From assembly GCF_001194135.2 (NCBI RefSeq), contig NC_068992.1, positions 27,619,709 through 27,683,708 of the forward strand: 64,000 bases of DNA, read 5' to 3'. This document shows positions 42,511 to 56,757 of the stretch, piece after piece. Both the position numbers and the translations under genes were made by a program. Numbering within the stretch: position 1 is the first letter of the stretch; each line of letters opens with the position of its first letter. Source of the DNA: Octopus bimaculoides. Taxonomy: Eukaryota. Below the pieces are notes generated by a model that did no database searches, was not told the origin of the DNA, and saw nothing but the letters and a program-made list of their open reading frames with translations.

Positions 42511-43392
42511 ATATATATATATATACATACATACACTATAGTCTTCAAGATTAATTGTCTACCAAATCCACTGAGGTTTGGTCGGTTTGGGGTTATTGTA
42601 GAAGACACTTGCATAAGATGTCACGTAGTGGCACTAAACCTGAAATCATGTGGTTGGGAAGCAAACTTCTTAACCACACAATCAGATCTGTGCCTATACG
42701 ATGCCTACACCTACAAACATATATAAAGATTATGCACACACACACACACACACATGCAAACACACACAATGGTTTTAAAATAGATAAAGCATGTCCTTGA
42801 GCTTCAAAAGAAGCAACTAAAAGACTTAAAGACACAAAGTGCACCCAACCATAAGAGAATTCTCCAGAAACTCTGTCTAGCCTATGCCAGTATGTCAAGG
42901 TGAGCATAGGGCTAAAGCAATGGTAATGTGCACATGTGTGTGTGTGTGTGTCTTATGCATAAAATTAGTCTAAGTGATAAAATAATTAACTGAGTAGCAA
43001 TTGTGAAGTTTCAGCTTTATTTAAATATAATTTACACTGTTTATACTGAGCCCTTGTCTCTATCCACTGTAAATAGTTATAAGCTTCTAATCTCCCCAGG
43101 GATAGAAGATGGATGCTCTTACCTAATAAAAGTCCAGAAGACTAGAAAGTAATCAGATCAATTCCTCTTTCCCTGCCTATGGAGAAATAAAATCAGTAGT
43201 AATCACATTGTTTACTCTTCATAGTAATGCGTATTTCACAAGCTACACCTTACATTTCAAATTATCTAAAGTAGTACATAAATTTATAAACTACAGTTAT
43301 CACTTGTATAAAAGCAAATGTATGCTTTTCATGTCACAATATATATTATAAATATTTAATACTGATGTTAATAACTATTTTTAAACTATTCT

Positions 43393-43682
43393 AGGTGCAG
43401 GAGTGGTTCTGTGGTAAGTAGCTTGCTTACTAATCACATGGTTCCAGGTTCAGTCCCACTGCATGGCACATTGGGCTAGTGTCTTCTACTATAGCCACGG
43501 GCTGACCAAAGCCTTGTGAGTGGATTTTACTTGACAACCAATGCTGGTATGTTTACGTACCCGTAACTTAACAGTTTGGCAAAAGAGACTGATAGAATAA
43601 GTACTAGGCTTACAAAGAATAAATCCTGGGGTCAATTTGCTCAACTAAAAGTGGTGCCCCAGCATGCCCACAGTCGAATAAC
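43393..43682 (+). mobile_element. tRNA-derived SINE family A, near full length. Other copies or fragments at ~186-470 +, 15250-15405 -, 17170-17340 +, 21950-22325 -, 30660-30830 -, 42548-42700 -, 55893-56030 -
   Basis: A-box-like tggtaagtag and B-box-like ggttcagtccc, then a shared body gtgtcttctactatagc...aagagactgatagaataagtactaggct...gaaacaagtaaaaga repeated across the window. Confidence 0.85.
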
Positions 43683-43752
43683 TGAAACAAGTAAAAGAAT
43701 ATTCTGATAACTCTTAAAATTAGAAATAATCATTGGCAAAGATTTTACTCAC

Positions 43753-44019
43753 CCTTTGTGAGGAAAGACTTTGTAGGAGATCATAAGGCAATTTATTAGC
43801 AGCGGATCCATGTAAATAGTTATTTTGTGACTCATGTTGTGAATTATTTTCTTCTGACCGTTGGTGTTGCTCTTGTTTATGACAGTCTGAAGACATAGTT
43901 TCCTTTGTTAAATCCATACCTCTTGATGCTGACATAGCAAGTCTAGATAAAATTCCTTCGACTTTAGAACTTTTTTTACCAACCACAAAATCATTCATCC
44001 TTAGTAAAAGGGAATTTTC
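43753..44019 (-). CDS. Candidate exon with polar low-complexity sequence (ENSLLLRMNDFVVGKK...YDLLQSLSSQR)
   Basis: Frame open for ~110 codons; consensus donor AGG|gtgagt at phase 0; 5' boundary uncertain. Confidence 0.5.
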
Positions 44020-45219
44020 CTTATTTTTTAAAAATTTTTGTTGGTTTTTTTAATGTGAACTTTCTCAATTTTTCAATAAATCATTTTGCTTCTGTAATTT
44101 CCACATAAACAGAAACAGCAATTAAACTAATGAATCTAACTAATGATTTTTGTTTTTTTTTACTTGCTTGTCTTGTTAGATTTCTTGTAATAGTCCATTC
44201 CAGTTAATCTCCATTGAAAAGTATGCATTAAATCTGATAATCTTAGCCATAATCCTGATAAAGTTAAGTAAATGACTGTAGTTGAAGTTTCATAAAATTA
44301 TGGTTTCAGCATTTGATTATTACAGAATATACTATTCACTAACTATGAAAAATTGTTAACTTTTACTTCAAACAAATCTTTAGGTTTTTACAGTAGAAAT
44401 ACAATAACTGATATGCGACTATCAAAACAACAGGACTTAAGAAATGTAGATATAATAAGATAAACTAGAAGTAATGCAAACATTTTTTTAATAGCCAAAG
44501 GTCCAACATATAAGAAGACAAAGCTTTCAAGTGCTATTGACATTGATGATAATTTGCACAAATCAGCAAGATATCCACTCATAAATTGATAATCACATAG
44601 TTTCAGATATGGTGTGTATATACAACAATCCCAATTTTTACTTCAAATAATCACAACCATAGAATGCTATCTTGTAACCTTATATTTATTATCTCAAAGC
44701 AAAGATTTTAATAATTTTCTGATAAGAAAGAAAAATACTGTCTAAATAACAAAAATATTTGTAAATGTATGAGAAAAGTCAAATATAATTAACACAAAAT
44801 TTATCCCGTTTGAGTTTTCAAAAAGCCAACTCCCTAATAATTCAGTCAGTTGGAAAACACTATCTTCTATATGTGTACATATATTTCTAAAATACTGAAG
44901 TTTTGATCTTCAATTTTTTTTTTTCAAATATATCAGTATCTACTCTTGTTTTCTTTCAGTTAAAATTATGTCAAAAATCATATTTGCCTACCATCTTTTA
45001 AATTAATAAAATAAGTAACAGTAACAAACTGTTCAAGTAATTTTACATCCTCTCCTACAAGAAGAAATGAATATTATTTTGAATGTCCTTTAAATTAAGA
45101 TTTTCATAGTTTTCTGGTAATAATAAATTTAATTATCTGAAAAGAAATAGTGACAAAAAGAGAACCTAACAATACATAACAGCTAGTTGAGTAAAATCAG
45201 AAACTTGAAAAAATGCATT

Positions 45220-45402
45220 AAATAGCCATGCTACATGGCAGTGAAACATGGGCCGTGACTGCTGAGGACATGCATAAGCTTGCAAGGAATGAAGCCAGTA
45301 TGCTCTGCTGAATGTGTAATGTCAGTGTGCATACACGACAGAGTGTAAGCACCCTGAGAGAAAAGTTGGATTTAAGAAGCATCAGATGTGGCATGCAAGA
45401 GA
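45220..45402 (+). mobile_element. RTE LINE internal fragment
   Basis: IAMLHGSETWAVTAEDMHKLARNEASML; closely matches 7345-7530. Confidence 0.85.
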
Positions 45403-48400
45403 GACAACCTGGCACTTCACATCACAAGTTATAAACAGATCACATCCAATGACCACCTACACAATGAAATAAAGATGCAAAAGGAGAAAGGCCACCAGGA
45501 CATGCAAAGAGCACAATTTACCATAGTAAATTCCAACCCTCACTGTTCCTGAAACTACTCAAAAAAATCACATCTAAACAACCAGATATCCTAAAAAATC
45601 CTATCATTTCCACTCAACCGAGACACATAAACATAAATAAATGCAGTATCAATAATCCCATAGGCTCCAGGCATTGTGCTAGGATATACACCACCAATGA
45701 TAAGTGCAGAGGAAGGGTCTACTGTATCTTCCACCAGAATTTACAGGTATACAGAGCTATGAGGAGAGCCTCTGTCTGGTTATTTTATCTGCTAGAAATA
45801 GTAACCAAATTTTCAAGTCACATTGCCTGTCTAAATAACATATTTATCTTTTAAAAAAGGAAACACACTGGATAGTGTAGTCCCTGATATATACATGTAA
45901 AAAAAAAAAGATATGATAATGGTTGCAATATCTTTGACCATAGGCCTGCTTAATCAAGGCTGACTTCAGATTAAGTAACAGGCATACTGAACTAGACTGG
46001 ACAGTAAACAGAAAACATGTCTAGAGTGTTACAGTGAATCCCATTTGATTTACAGCTGCATGTCAGAGTGTGAATTATGAGCCTCAGTTAGGCAAAGACA
46101 TGATAAATCCAGAACAACATATCTGTAGGCTGAGTCTAGTTGCTTGGCCTGTTACATGTATACCATCTCTACTTGATCAGAGCTGACTTTTATCTACACA
46201 GCTTGGTAGAGATGAAAGGTACAGTTGACCCACCAGAGTACGGACCTAGAACTAACATGAAATAAATACTGTGAAGAAACTGAATCTGGAATTCTTACTG
46301 CTTGGGCTGTTTGCACTACTCTCAATACATATGATATTAGTGTTGTGTAATATATAAAGGTTTATTTAAATATCACAAATAAGAGCTTGACGGTTATTTA
46401 TATTTATATAATTTTGAGTATAAATAAGTTGTTTATTATTATTGATGTATTGTAATAACATGTGAAATATCATGGTTATTTAATATAATAATATTGTAAT
46501 GTTCATTGTTTTGTTATTTAATAATATTTATTATGTTAATTCTTGTATATTATATATTTAAATATATTGCTATTAAAATAAAAATAAAATGTCAATATTG
46601 ATTTGTTGTATAATATTTTAGAATAATAGGTAATATTAGTTGAATATTAGTAAGTCAGTAACAAAAATTTGTCAAAACATGCAATTGGTATTTTCAAACT
46701 TCTGGATTCATTTCATTTCACGATTTTCTTGCAAAAAGAAGAGTAACTAACAAAATACTGAAAGGATTAAAAATAAGAATAGAGAAAGATCTCAAAAATT
46801 AAATAACTCATTTTATCTCATTACTCTTCACTACTGCCATCATTATGATCAGGATGAAAATTGACTGCTACTTGACAGCTTTCTGCAGGTTAGCTGTTTA
46901 CACAGAAGTAGTGGTGCACAATTTCGATTTTTTTTTTTTAAACAAGCAGATCCACAACTGTAATAATGGCAAATCTTTACAGCCTAATTAATTCTAGAAT
47001 TGAACCAAAATTAATTTGTTGTTCCCAACTTAGTAAGCTTAATTGTGCAGGCTAAATCCATACATTAAACTGTCAAAACTGGAGAGTCTCAAGATTTTAG
47101 CTTTTAATTAAAGCGCTACAGTATTTTGTTTTTCTAATGGAAATAAATATAAAAATAAAACATCCAATAGAAAATGTTTAAGCCTTTATTTTCACTCTAA
47201 ATCTAGAGTGAGACCCACAATAGAATATTATTCTCACACTTGGAATGGTGGTGCTGCTGCACATAGACATTCAAGACTGCATTTAGAAAAGGGCTACCTG
47301 ACTGATTGTCATAAAGTTACTTAAAGATATGCTGCTCCACCTTCTGACCCACAAGCATATTGTCTCTTCTCTGCCTTTTCTACTGCTGCTATAATGGCCT
47401 GTTCCTCAGAGCGGGATGGGCTCATGTCATCTACACTCAGACATTCCCAACCCACTTTCTCCTCTCATCTCTCTCTTGCTGCATCCAACCCCACTCAGGC
47501 TCTGCACTAATCACTATACCCAGGCCTTCCTTCTCTAAATGTGAACCTTCTGAACCCCTCCCTATTCATCTCTTACATGCGGGTTCAAAAGGAATACTAA
47601 CAGCATCAATATCATTGGTCCAGAAGGAACCAATGATATTAATACTGCTCCTTACATTAGATCCAGCAAATATGAAAACAGGAATGTAAATAAATGTTAA
47701 TTAACAAACTATATTGAAATTTCTGTCCTCATATCTGACTTTAGTGCAGAATCTGATGTGCCAATCAATGCATTATTCTGTGTGATATTGAAACCTATCA
47801 CTGTTTAGCTGGTTCCTGAAGGTACTGCATCCCATCATAAGGTGGCTGGCAATAAAAGATGGAATTTGAACTCACAATAGAAAGAGCCTGAGCAGATGCC
47901 AATTCACATACTATAAAACCCATACAAATATCAGAAGGTATCACATTTTGAAATACGTACATATCCATGACTCAAGAAGGTATAAAAGTAAAAATATGGG
48001 ACTTAAAAACAATCAAATGATATACTGATCAATATCTACTGAAAGATGAAATTTATAATCACATTTTTATTTGTAGACTAAATTTTAATTGAAAATGTTT
48101 CTAGAAACAGTAGAGATCTCACAAATCACATACGTGATTTATTAATTATGTGGAGTTACAATTAGATCCTTCTATAATATAATGGGGTGGAAATTGATCC
48201 ACCTGGATCAATTTGAACTCCTTATCAGTATAAGTTTTGTTTTGACTCAGGATTTAAGTAGTAATTCAAGTATTAGTTAGTCACAGCTGCCAACTGTCAC
48301 TCCTATGTAAATAAACCTTACTTCTGACAAACTGTCTATGATACACAGCATTCTACTTGATTTGAAAGGTTAAGCTGGACTTTTTCCATTTTTTTATTAT

Positions 48401-49529
48401 GATAATTTTTACATGAAAGAAGATGGGTCTATTTTCATGATAAATGCCATCAGTGCAATAAAAACAATAGATAATCATCAATTATAATACAAATCCTTTA
48501 GCTAAACAAGTACTAATACTTGGACTTCAAATTTTGAATTAGGTGGTCAAAATTCTTTTTTTATAAGCTTACTAGAAATCAATACTAACATTATATTTAA
48601 TTATTTCAAATGCATCTTGTATCAGTTTTAATGATGATGCCTAGTAAGATGATAAAGCAGACAAAAATTATACAGTTAATTTTTTTGCATGAATACAGTG
48701 TTTCAGGTTATTCATTAATGTAGTTAGCCCTAGAAAACATATAATCAGATCATACATTTCCATGTATGCAAATTATATGTCAGGTTCTAGTAAATCCATT
48801 CTGGTAATTTCACTGTATTGTATTGCTTGTTTTATGATTCAATCCATTTTGGGAACAGACTATTTAGGATGGAAGTAGCTCTGAATGAGAACTGATACTT
48901 TGAGTCTCCTCTTTAGTACTGGTGTCAGGATGAAGTGCACCCATAAAGTGGTTGGTGATGGGAAGGGCATCCCAGCCATAGAAAAGATGTGAAACAAGTA
49001 AATTATTTTTGTTACCATTATTCTTGTTACTATGTTATTAGTAAGGTTATCTTAACTGCTAGAAATTGAAAATATTTTTCTGATGCAAGGAATAACCTAT
49101 ACCACAAGAGATAAGATTTCTGCAAGCTATAGTGAAAGCATCCTGTCTAAGAAAGCAGTAATTGTGAATAAACTTTTACATGACAGGGATGAGAGCTCTG
49201 ACATGGGCTCTGTATGTTGCATTGAAAACAACACCTAAGAGAGCAGCAACACCAAATGATATACATATAGAAGAGACACTTTAGCCCTATCAGACAATCT
49301 CTCTAATGCAGGTTGCACAAAAATATGCATTCAGTCCACGTTGTGAAGTGATTTGTAATAGGAAAGGTACTCAGTAGCAAAAACCAGCCCTAAACCAAAA
49401 GAGAAATCAAATTAAAAAAATCTTAATTGTATATACAACAGGGCTAACACCATTAGTGCTGCATGTGGTAGTAGGAACACAGATGAGAGGTTTTGGCCAA
49501 GCATGAGAATCCATCAGTCATCATGGTAC

Positions 49530-49800
49530 AAACTCTCAAATGTACAAAATAAACCAAAATATCATCAGAGACTCCTCATCACTGTGTGGTACAAAATCAG
49601 AACAATGGAGCACGAATGAGCCATAAGATATGAAGAGGAATTAAATGAAATGTACCAGAGAAAAGTCTCAGCTGATATAGACATGTGATGCATATACAGA
49701 ATGAAAGTTGGGTAAAGGAATGCCTAACAACTAAAGTGGAAGGAACCTACAGGAAAAGGTGGTCAAAGAAAGCATGGGTAAAAAGAAAGAAAACTGACCT
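49530..49800 (+). mobile_element. Highly decayed RTE 3' fragment
   Basis: Weak similarity to the RTE C-terminus (..WVKECLTTKVEG..R..K.W). Confidence 0.45.
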
Positions 49801-50104
49801 TAGGAGTCCAAACTTCATGAAGGAGATTACAAAGTACTGTAACAAGTGGTGAGACACTGTGCTGGAAAAAATTAATTCAACTTGTATAAACATCAGAAAA
49901 CAGATATATTGCAATAAGAAATCAATATACACATACTTAAGTATTTATAGTTATGTGCATATGTGCATGTGTGTATCTGCATGAGTGTATGTGTATGAGC
50001 ATGTGTACATATGTGCATGTACGTGTGTGTCTGCATATGTGTGTATATCACAGTTATGGCAGAAACATTTGAAAGACCAAAGCTGAGAGCAAAAAACAAA
50101 TCAC

Positions 50105-50291
50105 CTTAAGCAAGTTATAAAACAGAGAAAACATAGTATGTGTAGATTGGTAATAGTTACCCCTCATTTGTTGTAGAGGCTGCAAAAACAATAGGGAGGT
50201 GTATATAGAAACAAAAATGTATGCTTCAATGTTGACTAAAAGAACTTGAAGATTCAAAGATTCCCCAGGAAGCATTAAGTGTTGCTTGATA
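50105..50291 (-). CDS. Candidate internal exon (xIKQHLMLPGESLNLQVLLVNIEAYIFVSIY...FSLFYNLLK)
   Basis: Lies within a 100-aa ORF; donor AAG|gtgatt; acceptor caaacag is phase-compatible with the 52022 exon (2 in, 0 out). Confidence 0.45.
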
Positions 50292-52021
50292 CTGTTTGAG
50301 GGATCAATATCATCAGAAGATTCAAAATCAGCAGTTAGCACAGAGAGCATCCACAATGTAGATTATGCTGAATGTATAGAAGAGGAAATGTGAAAGTAAA
50401 GATGTGTCTTTGGTCCACTTCTTGCCATGAAGTACTAGCCTTAAAACCCCTTGGAATTAGGAAAGTATTTACACTAACCTAGAACTTATTTATCAATACT
50501 GTAGGATGTAAATAATGTTAAATGTATTATGTGAACTGTGGACAGAGAAGTACAAAACTAAATACCTTAAGTCAAGTGCTATATCATTTCTTCCTTTCAC
50601 TGCCTTCGTGGGTTTCAAGATCTTGATTAAAAGAAAAAAAAATGTAACTAAAATGTTTCTTATTTAGTATGTGAGTAAGTCATGTGTTTTCTGGCAGTTG
50701 AGTCATAGATTATGCAGTAAGGTTGAGTTACCTTCACAAAATATTCAACTTTATTAATATGTCATGAATTATAAGACAGTAGTGCTGTTAGTTTAATGAA
50801 ACTGCTAGCATTGTTGGAGAATACTGCAGGGGAAAGGTAGTATTCACCAGAGTATGTAGTTAGAAGTAAAGAGAGCAAAATATTTTTTTTTTAAGTAGTT
50901 GGCTTATATGAGCCAACTAAAGCTACGAAGAAGAAAAGAGGGTGAAAAAAAAGTTTATGGCTATTCTTATGACAAGTAAAAATACTATGCTGCCCGAAAA
51001 CACTATACTACCAATATGTCCCACCATTTACATTTTCTTTTAACATTCTTGACAGGCAATGTAAACACTTATTTAGCAAGATTTTAATGAATGAAATTAG
51101 TGGATAGGTGTACAGAGTGATCAACATTTTATTTTCAGAACTCTATGGAAAGAATGTAGGTAAGAAAATGAAATAAGCAGTGATATTTCCCATCTTATGA
51201 CTACACGAATTTGTCCTTTCTTCGAGATATGTTTCTTTAACCCAATTTGATTATGTTATTTTTTTTTGACATGTACTAAGGAGCTTGATTGCATATTCGT
51301 CTTCATTTTCTTCTTAATAGGATGGTTCCTCCTATTCATTTTAAAATTGGTGGCATTTAACATTGTCAACTTGTGAATGCTTAAATGCCTATTTTTTGCA
51401 TCACCAGTGCACTAATATATCTAACAGTAATACTTAACAAAAATCTTTAAAACAACTGCTTTACAATTGCAAAAATATAATATATAGATACTTGCCAACT
51501 TACAACCACCCCTAGTTACAACAATCAAGTTAATATGCATAAAATGTAAAAAAAAAAAAAAAGTCAAATACTTTTGCATGTTGTTCAAGAGTTAGTATCT
51601 TCCAGTAAAGCATCACATTATCTTTTTATTTCTGTCACACTACAGTAGTCATATTACAAATATTTTACTTAGCTTCCAGATTTACTAATGTCAAAGATAT
51701 GTAAAAAAGATTTTTCCATTTACTAAAATAAGTAAAGGAAGTCACTTTATTTGGTCTTAAAATAAAAAGACTTAACCAACAAGAACAAAAGTAAAAAGTG
51801 ATTGCTATACACATAATCTGCAATTGCTCCAGTTAATGATTTTCATTGTTCTTAAGAATAAAGAAAATTTTCAAGTAGAATATAAAGTTTGGCATCTCCA
51901 AAATATAAAGAAATTGTTGATGTTCAGGAAAGAACAGACAAAAAAACCTACTAAAAATTCAAGCTAAGACTAAAAGTATTTGGGGACTTTGAAGAAACAG
52001 AATATTAACTACAAATAATAC

Positions 52022-52243
52022 CTCTGAGTGAACAAGACTGCTTTCAGACACTGGAAAAGAGAGTCCTTGTGAATTTCCAACCCCATCCCTTTTTTTTTTA
52101 GGGAAGAGGCTAGAATACAGTCATGGGCCTCCCCCTGGACCCCTGATGCAAGAACTGACTGAACTCTTTTAGACTGACTACAAGGAAAAGCATTCAAGCA
52201 AGTAATGGATTGGTCAATCATTTCAAAAACAAAAAAAAATTGT
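52022..52243 (-). CDS. Candidate internal exon (xQFFFVFEMIDQSITCLNAF...HKDSLFQCLKAVLFTQx)
   Basis: Strong acceptor ctttctttaattttcag, donor GAG|gtatta, 222 nt open, phase 2-2. Confidence 0.55.
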
Positions 52244-53254
52244 CTGAAAATTAAAGAAAGCAAAAATATAATAATGCATTAAAGGAGATAAAATTATGAA
52301 ATACAGTACATCGTAGTAATGCATCTAAAGATACTCCCACTCCACCCCTGTATAGAAATGGTCACTATGAATAGGTCTTCAGATTACATGCATACTGATT
52401 TACAATCAGTTGATCAGAAGAGAACCCAAACTTGGAGCAGCTTATTTTTCTTTGCGTCATTTTTTTTTATGTTTGCTTTTTTTCCACTTTAGTAACTGCT
52501 GTAATCGACAAAATTTTTTTAAATAAAACATAAGAGAATTTCTTATAAGAGTTCTATAACTTTCTAGAAATAGAGGACAAGTAAATACAATATGAAACAA
52601 CTAATAAAACTAAGATTATATTGTCCCAAAATTAAAGTGGTAAGCATTTAATGAGTAAAACTTAAAATAACATGAACACAAGAAAGTGAGAGTTGGTAGT
52701 GAAAGAGTATAAATGCCAACTAGTCAAGATAAAATAAGTCATTTTTAGAAACTGAAAATTAACCACTAAACAGTAACATTAAATTTTTTTTTTTTTTTAA
52801 TCAGAGGTAAGATCATATTGTCTCACAAAATTATCTGAACAAGATTTGATAAACAATTCCATTACAGTAAATATGAAACTGCCCAACACTCATCTTGAGA
52901 TTATCTCAAAAGAATAAGTTCATATTATTCTTTTCTATATAAAAGCTACCAGTGTTTTTGTTTTTCTTTCACCCATTTTACAACTAATTGAAGAGATGGA
53001 AGGAATAGAATATATCACAAACTATTCATTGTCAAGCAGTCATTGGAACATACAATACTAATAGAATGTTAGCTTAATTATGAAGTATATATTATTTCCC
53101 AAGCAAATTGTTTTATCCTGCCTACATAATAAAAAAAAATAGCAATGTTGTTGATAAAAATAAATCATAAATTAGCATTTTTATAACAATGGTGGATTGT
53201 CCAATAGAAGTGTGCTAAGATTTGAGCCTTATAGGTCTTAGTATTTAGTTATCA

Positions 53255-53470
53255 AAGGCAGCGAGCTGGCAGAATCGTTAGCATGCCAGGCAAAATGCCT
53301 AGCAACATTTCATCCATCTTTATGTTCTGATCTCAAATGCTACCGAGTCAGCTTTGTCTTTTATCCCTTCAGGGTTGATAAAATAAGTACCAGTTGAGCA
53401 CTGAGGTTGATCTAATTGACTTAGCCCCTCTCCCAAAACTGCTGAGCTAGTGTCAAAATTTGAAACCAAT
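53255..53470 (+). mobile_element. SINE family B, full-length copy. Other copies at ~17760-18170 -, 27950-28070 +, 32215-32380 +, 33500-33655 +, 59195-59324 + (truncated)
   Basis: ggcagcgagctggcagaatcgttagc...ttctgatctcaaat...gataaaataagtaccagttgagcactg repeated throughout the window. Confidence 0.85.
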
Positions 53471-54229
53471 ACTTAGTTATCTCTCTTTAGATTCTGGATT
53501 CATATTCTACTGAGATTGACTGCTTTTCATCCTTCTGAGATCATCATCATCATTTAAACCTCAATTTTCTGTTAGCATGGGTTGGACAGTTTCACAGGAG
53601 CTGGTCAGCTGAAGAGCTTCCCAGGCTCCAAGTCTGTTTTGGCATGGATGCCCTTCCTAATGTCATTAAAATAAATTACAAGTATGTACTGAGATCGATT
53701 CAATGTCTATACCTCTTTCTCACAATTTTCTGATTTTGTGCCAAAACAAAAAATCAAAATTGTTCACAAGCAACAGAAGTGAACTGCTTCACTTGTAGAA
53801 TATTTCTTAACTTGCATGGTAAGTAATACTGTAAGTATATTTTGTAAGCTATTTCATGCCATTTAACATTTTCAATGCATCTGAAGTAGACATGAATATC
53901 ACAATATACCAGTGGTCTCACTCCTGGGCAAGAAACCAATGCTGTCATTATATTTTGATTCAAACTTGAAAACAAAATATTTACTTAATAGATTTTTGTT
54001 CACCTGATATAGCATATTTTTTGATCTGCTATATCAGGTAAACTCTGATATAACAGATCGATGACAAAGGCATTCCAGCCATGATCATTCCATCAATGTG
54101 TATATCAGAACTACAATGTCCAGTATATCATTTGTTCTGAGGGTGATTTTGCCTGTCTAGTGATCACAATGAGGTTTCTTCACATGCTAATTTTCTAACG
54201 CTGTATTTGTAATGCTATTCATCCTGATC

Positions 54230-54620
54230 TATCTTCTAAATCGGATTCACTCTCTCATGATCATCGTGTGGCTTCTTTGTCTCTTTTCTCTAAGTATTCT
54301 CATGGACATTGTTCTGCTGAGCTCTCTTCTCTGGTTCCTCCTTTAAGAACTTATCAGCAATCAACTAAACTTGCATCCAGTCCTCATCAATATACTGTGC
54401 AACCTCCCAAGTGTCATAAAGCACTTTACAATACCAGTTTCTTCTCTCACACCTCTGAACTTTGGAATTCCCTTCCACAGTCTTGTTTTCCTCTTCAATA
54501 TGACCTCCAGTCTTTTAAGTCTAATGTACATCGTCACCTATTGACTTCTGTCTAGTGTCCATTTTATTCTAGTAGCTCTTGCATTTTCAGTGGTCTAAGG
54601 ACCTTATAATGAGCAAATGC
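54230..54620 (+). mobile_element. CR1-group (L2/Crack/Daphne-like) LINE 3' end
   Basis: ORF 54268-54555: ASLSLFSKYSHGHCSAELSSLVPP...SFFSHTSELWNSLPQSCFP.QYDLQSFKSNVHRHL, a typical C-terminal motif; A-rich tail at ~54625-54643. Confidence 0.8.
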
Positions 54621-54835
54621 TTTAAAACAATAAAAAAAAAAACAGTTTCTCATATTTTGGTGAGGTTACTCTCAAACATCTTGTAGTGATCTTATCTACT
54701 ATAGAGCTATTTAGGTAAGTAAAGATTTCTAGGGTCAGTAAAATATGTACTATTAATACACTGTGGTTAATTTAGTCAACTATATTCCTATTTGATTAAG
54801 AGAAATCCTACATATCTAATTTTCTATGTATGCAT

Positions 54836-54886
<51 letters not shown>

Positions 54887-55181
54887 GTTATGGTGCTTAT
54901 CTACCATATAGCAAATAAGACAAACAATTAAATAAACCATGGGTTTTTTTTTCCATTAAATGTTGCAATTCTTCATAAACTCTATATAGCAAATTATGTT
55001 TCAGTTGCTCACTAGCTTGCAAAATTTTAATTTTTAATGTAACCATCCATCTGTTTCATTTATTATTTCCCAACATGAGATTTTAATGCTTTACCACACA
55101 CAATGTGCTCAATCACCTTAAAACAAAAACTTACAGGATTACATTTTAGATTATAAAAGAGTAGAAAAAGTAAAGTGTGAC

Positions 55182-55280
55182 CTTCATCCTTTTCCCAAGG
55201 ACATTAGCAATGTTAATAAAAGCAATTCTGACTGGCTTTTGATCAAAATCACCAGTAACTGTATCTTCAATATTTATCAC
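55182..55280 (-). CDS. Candidate internal exon of an unidentified minus-strand gene (VINIEDTVTGDFDQKPVRIAFINIANVLGKRMK)
   Basis: ttattcag acceptor, 99 nt open, phase 0-0; weak donor AAG|gtcaca. Confidence 0.4.
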
Positions 55281-56733
55281 CTGAATAAACCACATAGCAT
55301 AGAGCTTGCATTACACATTTAATATTTAATACAGAAATTTCTATTAAATCATGTTTAGATAATTATGCAGTTCAGGTAGACAAAATGGTTGCAGGTGTCT
55401 ATTAATAATAAAGAATATTTTTCTGACTATAAGGTAAGCAATATCTATGACTGGTAATACAGTAATTTAGGATGGTAATTTTGGTGTTTAAGACCATAGT
55501 AAGTATTAGGTATTGATTTCTTCTAAAAGATATTGTGTGAGGCTTTTCAAAATCATTGAAGCTTTGTGAGCATTAGCGTTAAAATTATCACATGGCATTA
55601 GTCCTTTTGTTTCAAGAAAAAAGTCAATGTGATGATAAGAATGAGGACATAACATTTATAATGCAGACTAATACTCTATTTGATAATGTAAGAGAGCTTT
55701 CAGAGTATTGTTGTACAAAAACAAAAGAAATCTTTTATGGCAAAGGAAAAGTACCTACAGATATTCTTAACAATGAAAAGGAATCTTACTTTTTAATCTA
55801 TTTTGCTGGGGCTCTATTAAGTGATGAGAATGTAAACAAACCAACACCATTTGGGGACAAACACATAGATATGTAGACACACACACACACCACAGGTTTC
55901 TTTCAGTTTCCATCTATCAAATCCATTCACAAGACTTTGGTTTGTCAGGGATTACAATAGAAGACACCTATCTAAGGAGCCATGTGGTTGGAAAGCAAAC
56001 TTCTTACCGCACAGCCACACTTGCACCTACATATGCATATATAAACATATATACACACATATACATATATATACACACACAAACATATTTATCATCATCA
56101 TCATCATCATCATCACTTAACATCCATGCTTGTATGGACTGGACAATCTAACAGCATCCAATGTGTCCAATGTCTGCTTTGGCAGGGTTTTTATGGCTGG
56201 ATGCCTCTCCTAATGCCAACCATTTCACAGTGTCCACACTGTGCTTTTTACATGCCACCTGCAATGTTAAAGTCACTATGTGGTTCACGTGACTATGAAC
56301 CCTAGGGAAAGTAGAGGGGTCAGCTTCACACTAGAGGACGAGGGGATTATTACGAGGTGGAGCTGAGCAGGTTCCTACAGAGGTATTTGTATGGTTACTC
56401 ACATCTAGTAGCAGAGTAGAGGAGAAAGAGAAAATGATTAGAAGAGCTCACAAGAGATAAATAATGGTGATGAGGTGTCCAGGAAACCCCACAAGGAACA
56501 AGCTGAGTAAAAGTGAGTTTGCAAGATAATATAGGAAGTGGGTATGGAAAGCCTGACTGCCAAAATGGATAGAATTGAAAGATGGATGAACAAAGAAAGC
56601 ATGAGCCAGGGAACATAGAAGGATGTAGAAGAGAGAGTGGTTAGGTGTACTGGGTGTATGCACCCAGTACACTTTGTAAAGTGGTTGGCAAATCAAGCAG
56701 AGAGACAAGGTTTATTTTATTTTCATTTGTTAG

Positions 56734-56757
56734 GAAGATACTTTCACTCTTAATCTG
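56734..56757 (+). CDS. Candidate 24-nt symmetric microexon (EDTFTLNL)
   Basis: ttattttattttcatttgttag acceptor, CTG|gtaaat donor, phase 0-0. Confidence 0.3.

Noticed and set aside
36660-42614. Long ORFs dominated by X
   Set aside because: Artefacts of reading through N gaps.
43123-43176. Minus-strand segment with excellent splice sites
   Set aside because: Stops in all three frames; it could only be a non-coding or poison exon, and there is no other support.
43393-43470. tRNA-like sequence as a tRNA gene
   Set aside because: It is a SINE head continuing into a repeated SINE body, with no intact cloverleaf.
47607-47641. Small palindrome aatatcattggt...accaatgatatt, and a similar 13-bp one at 54002-54039
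   Set aside because: Arms of 12-13 bp are expected occasionally by chance in AT-rich DNA, and there is no other support.
55592-55876. 94-aa plus-strand ORF
   Set aside because: Protein-like but has no recognisable motif and no convincing donor site; within chance expectation.
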